DNA from: an uncultured bacterium
GTDB taxonomy: Bacteria > Babelota > Babeliae > Babelales > Vermiphilaceae
DNA length: 64,000 nucleotides
Assembly (NCBI GenBank): GCA_963727255.1
Contig: CAVSFC010000002.1
Coordinates: forward strand, 576,001-640,000
Reading direction: 5' to 3'
Below are positions 57,690 through 64,000 of the stretch, one piece after another. The notes under the pieces are model-generated. The model did not search any database. It was not told the origin of the DNA and was given only the letters and a program-made list of their open reading frames with translations. Within the stretch, counting starts at the first letter, position 1. Each line of letters begins with the position of its first letter. A program made the translations under genes and the position numbers.

Positions 57690-58091
57690 ATGCTAAAATT
57701 ATTTAAATCTCTAATTTTTCTCACAATTCTTGGAATTGCTTTTCCAAATTGTGCGGCACAACTGAAAAATGGCCAAAAAGTGCAAAATGTGTTAGATTTC
57801 TGCCGTATTAATGCCGATAATGAACACTGCCAAGCGATTGAGCAGACTTTAAATTATTTTAAAAATAAACAAGAATCAAAATTAAATCCGAACATGCTGG
57901 ATCTTGCAAATAGAAATCTCTATGACAGAGCATGTTATTTGGGAAGACAATTAAATTGGGATTCCGCGCGGGTGATCGAAGAAACTCAAATTTTGCATAA
58001 TGAGCTTAAAATACTTTTACTTCTTAATGAAAAGCGTCAGCAAAAAATTAAACTAACTAGAGAAGAACTGTTAAATAGCGCTTCATTCTAG
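57690..58091 (+). CDS. Secreted hypothetical protein
   Basis: Signal peptide. Confidence 0.6.
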   Translation: MLKLFKSLIFLTILGIAFPNCAAQLKNGQKVQNVLDFCRINADNEHCQAIEQTLNYFKNKQESKLNPNMLDLANRNLYDRACYLGRQLNWDSARVIEETQILHNELKILLLLNEKRQQKIKLTREELLNSASF

Positions 58092-58447
58092 AGATCATCA
58101 AGGATTGAATCAGGTTCGTAGGGATCAATAGAAGGAGACTGCTGGATGTTGGTAGTCTGAATATTCTTTGGCAGATAATTGAATTTGGTTCTATTGGAGA
58201 TGTCCATGAGAGACGAAGATCGTTTTTTGATAATTGTAAATAGTGATTTTTTTTGCTCGCTTGGTATTTTTTGCAAGCCGAGCTGCTTCTTACATGCAGT
58301 AAGTGATTGTATTAATTCCGGATTAGTTATTTTAAAGAAAAAATATGAATTTTTTCTAGGGGAATTCATTGGGCTAATGGTGGTCCTCAACATAGCTGGG
58401 AGTGGTATGATTGCAAAAAGGGCTAGGATTGAGAGTAATGATTTCAT
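58088..58447 (-). CDS. Secreted hypothetical protein
   Basis: ...PLPA-MLR. Confidence 0.55.
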   Translation of the reverse strand: MKSLLSILALFAIIPLPAMLRTTISPMNSPRKNSYFFFKITNPELIQSLTACKKQLGLQKIPSEQKKSLFTIIKKRSSSLMDISNRTKFNYLPKNIQTTNIQQSPSIDPYEPDSILDDL

Positions 58448-58538
58448 GAGTTTTTCCTAAATTAGAAATTTAATGCATTCTATTGTACGCTTTTTTACTG
58501 ATAAATAAAGATCAAATCAACTTAAAAAAGGCTTTTTT

Positions 58539-59051
58539 ATGAACAATAAAATTATCTTATTATTATTAATGATGTTTGGATCTCCTATTGCTCATGCAAA
58601 TCAAGCAACTATTACTTTTGAAATAGATGCGCGCAATATTCCTCATCTTACTCCGCAAGAATGGCATACATTTTATTTTAGTAAATTAAGAACGAAAGAA
58701 GAAAAAGATTGCATCATCACGATGATCAAGCAGGCAAAGGGCAATGCTCAGGATGCACTGAAGGTGATTAACAGTTTAAACGCCCAACTTGAGGTAAAAG
58801 ATATACCGGTACTTGCAAATGTGGTAGCTCGCGCAACAAGCTTTAATTTTTCACTCGATAGAAAATTTCATTATTTGGCCCCAGTTGTGTATGGTTTTGT
58901 ACGGATCATCACCGATGTCTCTGAATCGGAATTTCCTGAATATCTCTCATTTAATAATTCTGATGCATTTTCGAGCGTGATTCCCGCATTATCAAGACTT
59001 GTGGAAAAAGTGATTACTCGCTCCAATGAATGTCTGCAATTAACGCAATGA
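58539..59051 (+). CDS. Secreted hypothetical protein
   Basis: Signal peptide ending AHA. Confidence 0.65.
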   Translation: MNNKIILLLLMMFGSPIAHANQATITFEIDARNIPHLTPQEWHTFYFSKLRTKEEKDCIITMIKQAKGNAQDALKVINSLNAQLEVKDIPVLANVVARATSFNFSLDRKFHYLAPVVYGFVRIITDVSESEFPEYLSFNNSDAFSSVIPALSRLVEKVITRSNECLQLTQ

Positions 59052-59077
59052 TTTTTCTACGAAACTTTCTAAATACA

Positions 59078-59160
59078 TTTCTCGACTCGCGTAACCGCTT
59101 GCTCGAAATGAACGGTCCTCCCCGTTCGCCTCGATGGAGGCCGCAGGCCGAGTAGAGAGG
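59078..59160. repeat. Divergent pair of family-A elements
   Basis: 59078-59115 (-) TTTC/GAAA stem; 59122-59160 (+) CCTC/GAGG stem. Confidence 0.75.
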
Positions 59161-59263
59161 TTCTTAATACCTCACTCCTCTTGCTTGGCGATTTTTTTAT
59201 TGTTAATTCCTCTAAATTCATGATAAAGAAATTATAAAGATCTCTTAAGAGATTATAGGAGAA

Positions 59264-59918
59264 ATGATGAAAAAGATTATAGTTTTACTCATTTTTGTTT
59301 TTGCAGGGTTGCCGGCCCAAGAATATTCGTTCAAATTATTTACTGGCAAAGATGTGCAAGCCATTGTGCCTTTTATGGCGCAGCAAAGAATTTCTGAATT
59401 CCGAGAGTATCCCTATTTATATGAAGGTAATATTGCAGAAGAAACTGAATATTGCCAATGGTTTGCGCAACTGCCTCATTCTGCAGTTGCCGTTGCCTAT
59501 CTGGATGGCAAACCGGTGGGATTTGTAAGCGGCACAAGTTTTGCCGATTTCGATGTGCATTTTAAAGGATCGATAGCGCTCTTTGAGAATAATGGTTTAG
59601 ATCCACACAATTTTATATATATTCCCGAAGCAATTATTATGCCCGAACATCGGGGAAAATCATTAATAGAAAAATTGCATGCTTTAATTGAAAAGCATGC
59701 AAAATCATTAGGATATAAAGGTATCTGCTTTGCAGAAGAAAGCCATGATAAACATCCCTTGAAGCCGGCCAGTTATAAAGGGCGTGAGGAGCTTTATTTT
59801 AGGGAGGGGCTATACTAAAACACATATGATAATCAAATTCCCGTGGCTCACCATCCAAGCTGATGGCTCATTAAAGGATGAGGATCATGAATTATGCTAT
59901 TGGATTAAAAATCTTTGA
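59264..59918 (+). CDS. GNAT acetyltransferase with signal peptide, 3' frameshift
   Basis: FREYPYLYEG, IMPEHRGK, HPLKPASY; tail ...HELCYWIKNL*. Confidence 0.82.
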
Positions 59919-59930
59919 TGGGGCAAATTG

Positions 59931-60986
59931 ATGCGAATTATTTATAGCATATTGTTTGTAGGGATTTTTCCGCTTCTTGGCATGGAGAAAGCACCGACAA
60001 CGAGTAAATCTCGCGATACAATAGCATTTTTGCAACAAGTTGAAGAGCCATTTCGCTTAAAAGAAGGTTCAACTAATTTTGCTCGAGAAAAAATTCAAGA
60101 GGGAAATCAGATACTCAAAAAAATTGCAGCTAACCCGGGGGCAATGCAGGCTGAATGCAAGAAAATGCAACAGAGTAGGCAGGAACTCGATGAAGCATCA
60201 TTTCTAGCACAGCAAAAAATGATGCTTCATCAGATTATTGCAATTGCATGGGCGATCTATAATAAGGCGGTGGAAAAAGGGGAAGGATTTACCGGAGGGA
60301 CCATTGTTATCATAGATCCTGAGTACGCACTCTTTAATTTTTTATTTAATTATGTTTGCTTTGTTAATCCGACAATTGTAAGCGGTAAAAATCCGTCCCT
60401 TATTATTTCCAATAGCCCTTTTGGTTATTCTCGGCTTTCTACTCATTTTGTTGAATTGCAAAAATTAAAAAATTTTGAAGGGCACTATGGAATTGATATG
60501 AGGTACGATGAAGGAAACTTGCAGCCCTTATTGCCTGGCAATAAGCAACATATTCTCTTTGGAAAGCTCTTGCACTTAGCTATTCCATTAACATTTATCA
60601 AATTTGAAACCTATGGTTTGAAATTTGAAAAAAAAGAGATGCTTAAACATGTTGAAAAAGCTGTGCAAAAGGGTAAAAAAGATATTCTGAAAAGCCATAA
60701 AAAGCTTTTTTCTCGCCGAGAAGATGTGCCTGAAGAAGTAAAAAATAGATTTAGGCATCTTTTTAAAAGGTTGCCCAAAGAAGAACAAATACGGGTGAAA
60801 GCTGAGCTTTCTAAGCAATTTAAACATATACGATCGTATTATGCGCTGGCAAAAAAGTTAGCTGCTCAGTCTCAAAAATATTCTCAAGAAGCCAAGCAAT
60901 TTGTTGAGTATCTTGAACGCCATTATGATCATCTTGATGTCAGAAGAGGTGATGAGGTGATCCTTGAACTGAAGGAATTTGTCTGA
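59931..60986 (+). CDS. Secreted hypothetical protein
   Basis: ...PLLG-MEK; 351 aa. Confidence 0.75.
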   Translation: MRIIYSILFVGIFPLLGMEKAPTTSKSRDTIAFLQQVEEPFRLKEGSTNFAREKIQEGNQILKKIAANPGAMQAECKKMQQSRQELDEASFLAQQKMMLHQIIAIAWAIYNKAVEKGEGFTGGTIVIIDPEYALFNFLFNYVCFVNPTIVSGKNPSLIISNSPFGYSRLSTHFVELQKLKNFEGHYGIDMRYDEGNLQPLLPGNKQHILFGKLLHLAIPLTFIKFETYGLKFEKKEMLKHVEKAVQKGKKDILKSHKKLFSRREDVPEEVKNRFRHLFKRLPKEEQIRVKAELSKQFKHIRSYYALAKKLAAQSQKYSQEAKQFVEYLERHYDHLDVRRGDEVILELKEFV

Positions 60987-61041
60987 TTGCTAGTCAGTTT
61001 TTTTAATGGATTGCCAATAAAATCAACTTTTTTACATACTA

Positions 61042-61512
61042 CTAATGTGGAAATGCATAATGCCTGGTTCCATCGGGTGATACAAAAGAAGGTGTCTCCT
61101 GTTTGTAATGCGCCTTTTCTGCTTGTTCTTCGGTAACTCCTTCACACATGTGCCGTGGGTAACTGTGAACAGCCGGACCTCGTGCATGAGAATAGAGGCC
61201 GTTTCCTTTATACCTGTACTCTGCAACTGCAAACTCTACATCAAGAAGGTCGGCTAATTCTTGCCCATACTTTCCTTGTTCAATAAGTTTTCTGGAAATA
61301 TCGCCGGTATTACCGGATTTATATCTCGATTTTACTCGTGCTAGAACCTCAGCTTCATGCTTTTTTTCATCTGCTATAATCTTCTGCTCTTCTTGAATCC
61401 TAGCCTCAGCGTATCTCTCAACTCGGTCTAAATGCTTGTAATGGTCTTCCTCAGACATCCCAAGAATTGAAGATCCACTGAATAAGCCGAGAGTTAATAA
61501 CAATTTCTGCAT
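61042..61512 (-). CDS. Secreted hypothetical protein
   Basis: ...SILG-MSE. Confidence 0.65.
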   Translation of the reverse strand: MQKLLLTLGLFSGSSILGMSEEDHYKHLDRVERYAEARIQEEQKIIADEKKHEAEVLARVKSRYKSGNTGDISRKLIEQGKYGQELADLLDVEFAVAEYRYKGNGLYSHARGPAVHSYPRHMCEGVTEEQAEKAHYKQETPSFVSPDGTRHYAFPH

Positions 61513-61525
61513 GATGAAAAGTACT

Positions 61526-61795
61526 TTATTCTATTTTCTTAAATCGTGGAACTTGTATTCCATCACTATCTACCATTTCAAAAAACATCTTTTTTGGTCT
61601 AATCCAAAGCGATCCCGCTGGAATCTTTGTTCCTTCAGGCTCCAATGTTGCTTCATATAATTGCTTATACACCACAAATTCTTGGCTTGGATCTTCACTA
61701 AACCGCGCAATGCCGATCACTTCATAGTATTTGCCGGTTCTATAGTGTTGATAAATTGCGGGTTTGATGGTTTGTTCTTGAACGCAGTATTCCAT
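61526..61795 (-). CDS. DUF1653 domain protein
   Basis: YQHYRTGKYYEVIGIA, VVYKQLY, WIRPKKMF. Confidence 0.88.
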   Translation of the reverse strand: MEYCVQEQTIKPAIYQHYRTGKYYEVIGIARFSEDPSQEFVVYKQLYEATLEPEGTKIPAGSLWIRPKKMFFEMVDSDGIQVPRFKKIE

Positions 61796-61813
61796 ACAAT
61801 GCCTTTAGTGAAT

Positions 61814-62641
61814 TTAGAATAACTTATAAAACAATGATTCTGGCATGAGCTTCATGGCCCATGCAATGAGGCGCCAGCGCTTGGTAACATACGCATGTTT
61901 TCTTTTTTGTTCAATGGCATCGGCAATTTGTTGTGCCGCTTCTTGCGGCGTTGCGCGCCAAAAATCTGATGGCTCCCGATCAGCGCCACAGCTGCCGCGC
62001 ATGGCCGTCCACACAAGTCCTGGTTCTATGGTGGTAACATGAATCGGTTTATTGAGTTTCATAAATCTACCGCGCAAGCCATGCAAATAGTTGGATACAT
62101 AGGCTTTTGAAGCGCTGTAGGTTGGCGCTGCGCTTGATCCGCGCACCGCCAGGAGCGATGATATGCCCACTAAATGCCCATGACCTTGCCGAATAAAATA
62201 ATCGGTTGCAACACTGGCCATCGCAGTGAAACCTAATACATTTATATCGATAATTTCTTTTTGTTTTTCCCACGATAAATCGCAATTGCCAACTGCTGCA
62301 TTGATGATAAGAATATCCATACCACCCATCTCGCCGATAAGCTCTTTGAGTTGCGCTTGAGCTTGCTCAGCTTGAGCAATATCCATCCGTTTTATGAATG
62401 TTCTTGTAGGAATTTCTGAACTGATTTTTTCCAAAAGATGTTTTCTTCTTCCGGTTAATCCAACAAGAGCGCCCCTCTTTGCCAATTCTTTTGCAAGTGC
62501 TTCCCCGATTCCTGAAGTCGCTCCAATGATGATCACCTTCTTATTGGTAAACGCAATAAGCGTGCGTTTATTAAAAAATACGAAATAGAGGATGCTGATG
62601 ATGAGTGCAGTGAAAAAAATAGATTTCACCAAGAAGCTCAT
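61814..62641 (-). CDS. Short-chain dehydrogenase/reductase
   Basis: GATSGIG, INAAVG, YSASK, PGLV. Confidence 0.93.
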   Translation of the reverse strand: MSFLVKSIFFTALIISILYFVFFNKRTLIAFTNKKVIIIGATSGIGEALAKELAKRGALVGLTGRRKHLLEKISSEIPTRTFIKRMDIAQAEQAQAQLKELIGEMGGMDILIINAAVGNCDLSWEKQKEIIDINVLGFTAMASVATDYFIRQGHGHLVGISSLLAVRGSSAAPTYSASKAYVSNYLHGLRGRFMKLNKPIHVTTIEPGLVWTAMRGSCGADREPSDFWRATPQEAAQQIADAIEQKRKHAYVTKRWRLIAWAMKLMPESLFYKLF

Positions 62642-63450
62642 AGCTCAATCTCCATAAGTTCTTGTGCAATCTCTTGCGGGGTATTTATTTTGCTATTGAA
62701 AATCAATGCATAGCGATGGCGTGGTGCCAACAGAATTTCATCCTGCTCATCAAGTTTGAATTGTTTAACAAAATCAATTTTGAATGTTTCTAATTTAGGG
62801 AAATATTCTTTGGGAATATTGTGATCAATTAATTCTTGAATAGCCGCATCAAGCGCAGATTTCATTAAGTCTGTTTTTACATTATCAACTATTGGTTGAT
62901 AACTTTTATCTCGCACTTTATACATTGCGGGGAATTGCTCAAATGATAAAAATGCATGTCGGAATTCTTCAGGTTTTCCGCAAGCATTTCGCGTATTAAC
63001 TCGCTCGAGTAAAATATCTAGCGGGCAATATAATAAAAAAGTATTGAGTCTCGAGTCCTTAAAAAAGTCAAATAATTGCTGATAAGCACTTTCATATTCA
63101 AGAACCGTATCGATAATCACATTTTTACCTGCAAGAGCATAATCTTTTGCAATTCGATACATCGGTTGGATGTTGGTAAAAAGTATTTCTCGCAATTCCG
63201 TGTCAAAATAATATTTGCCAGTTTTTTGTGTTAAATAATTATGTAAATAAAGCCAAGGGTCAACCTGCAATTGTTCATGCCATCCAAGCTCGCATGCTTT
63301 TTCTTTTAATTCGTTAACAAAAAAATCATCAACTTTTAATTGCAAAAGATCGGGTTTGCATTTGTGAAGCTCTTTTAAAAGTGCTGATTTTCCTGAAGAG
63401 GAAGCGCCGTTCAGAAGAGAGATAATGCCTTTATTAGTAGATGCCATCAT
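62638..63450 (-). CDS. Chloramphenicol phosphotransferase-like P-loop kinase
   Basis: LLNGASSSGKS, VDDF, NVIIDTV, CPLDILLER. Confidence 0.75.
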   Translation of the reverse strand: MMASTNKGIISLLNGASSSGKSALLKELHKCKPDLLQLKVDDFFVNELKEKACELGWHEQLQVDPWLYLHNYLTQKTGKYYFDTELREILFTNIQPMYRIAKDYALAGKNVIIDTVLEYESAYQQLFDFFKDSRLNTFLLYCPLDILLERVNTRNACGKPEEFRHAFLSFEQFPAMYKVRDKSYQPIVDNVKTDLMKSALDAAIQELIDHNIPKEYFPKLETFKIDFVKQFKLDEQDEILLAPRHRYALIFNSKINTPQEIAQELMEIEL

Positions 63451-63561
63451 GGTCCCTATTTATAAATTTAGTCACAATTATCAGCGACTACGGGCAAAAG
63501 ATCAAGATCTGGAATCTTAAGTTGGGCTATTAATTACGCTATAATCAGTAAAATTAATCAT

Positions 63562-63999
63562 TTATTTTTTTGATTCTGAGTGCTCTTTTATAACTTCAGC
63601 AAGTTCGCGCAATACATAAAAAGCAAAACCAATAAGTGATTCATCCCGTTTTTTAGATGCATGTTTTTCTTGTAATTCTTTCTCAGTTTTTGCTTTTTCT
63701 TTTACATGTTCTATGCATGATTCTCGTATTTCTTCAATAGATTTATTAGAGTCAGGTTCGAATGATTTTAACCAATGATGCTCAAAAAATTTGCGTGAGC
63801 GCGGGTTAAAACTTTTACATGCTTTAACAGATCGTTCTAATTCAATTTGCAATTCTTCTGCCACGCGCTTAAGCTTTTTTTCCCGCTCTATGTATTTATT
63901 AAAGCTTTTATCGAGTGCTTCAGGATCTTTCACTGCTAAGAGGGTATTAGAATAGGGGCCAAAAATAAGGAAGGAAAGCAATAGCATTGTTCTTTTCAT
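63562..63999 (-). CDS. Secreted coiled-coil hypothetical protein
   Basis: Signal peptide; charged helical body. Confidence 0.6.
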   Translation of the reverse strand: MKRTMLLLSFLIFGPYSNTLLAVKDPEALDKSFNKYIEREKKLKRVAEELQIELERSVKACKSFNPRSRKFFEHHWLKSFEPDSNKSIEEIRESCIEHVKEKAKTEKELQEKHASKKRDESLIGFAFYVLRELAEVIKEHSESKK

Positions 64000-64000
64000 A

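Noticed and set aside
59264..63450. Antibiotic resistance island (GNAT, CPT-like kinase, SDR)
   Set aside because: Generic families with no mobility signs; substrate cannot be inferred.

Overview
AT-rich bacterial chromosome segment. Its gene content (many Sec-signal orphan proteins; F-box, ankyrin, LRR, WD40 and Sel1 proteins; archease-RtcB; DciA; compact housekeeping genes) best fits an intracellular protist parasite such as Ca. Babelota (Dependentiae/TM6). That taxonomic call is an inference. Housekeeping genes include sbcD, glmU, mreB, rsmA, uppS, a PBP1A, murG, dciA, holB, tmk, an acyl-CoA ligase, a cysteine synthase-family gene and an ATM1-like ABC exporter, plus tRNA-Ser(CGA) and rnpB. 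Many essential genes are broken by small indels clustered at about 2.4-8.2, 22.9-36.7 and 41.9-45.4 kb, most likely long-read assembly errors, so coordinates of split genes are approximate. Most notable observations: (1) two families of short, structure-conserved REP-like hairpins with compensatory base changes, which nest inside each other, inside an IS200/IS605-like shell, and in frame inside tmk; (2) an unannotated His-rich leader peptide upstream of a sodium:solute symporter; (3) about 15 secreted proteins with Met, often Met-Glu, directly after the predicted signal-peptidase site; (4) a tandem duplication that keeps promoter and signal peptide but changes the protein body; (5) an RNase P RNA lacking P18. 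No transposase, CRISPR array or prophage was found.
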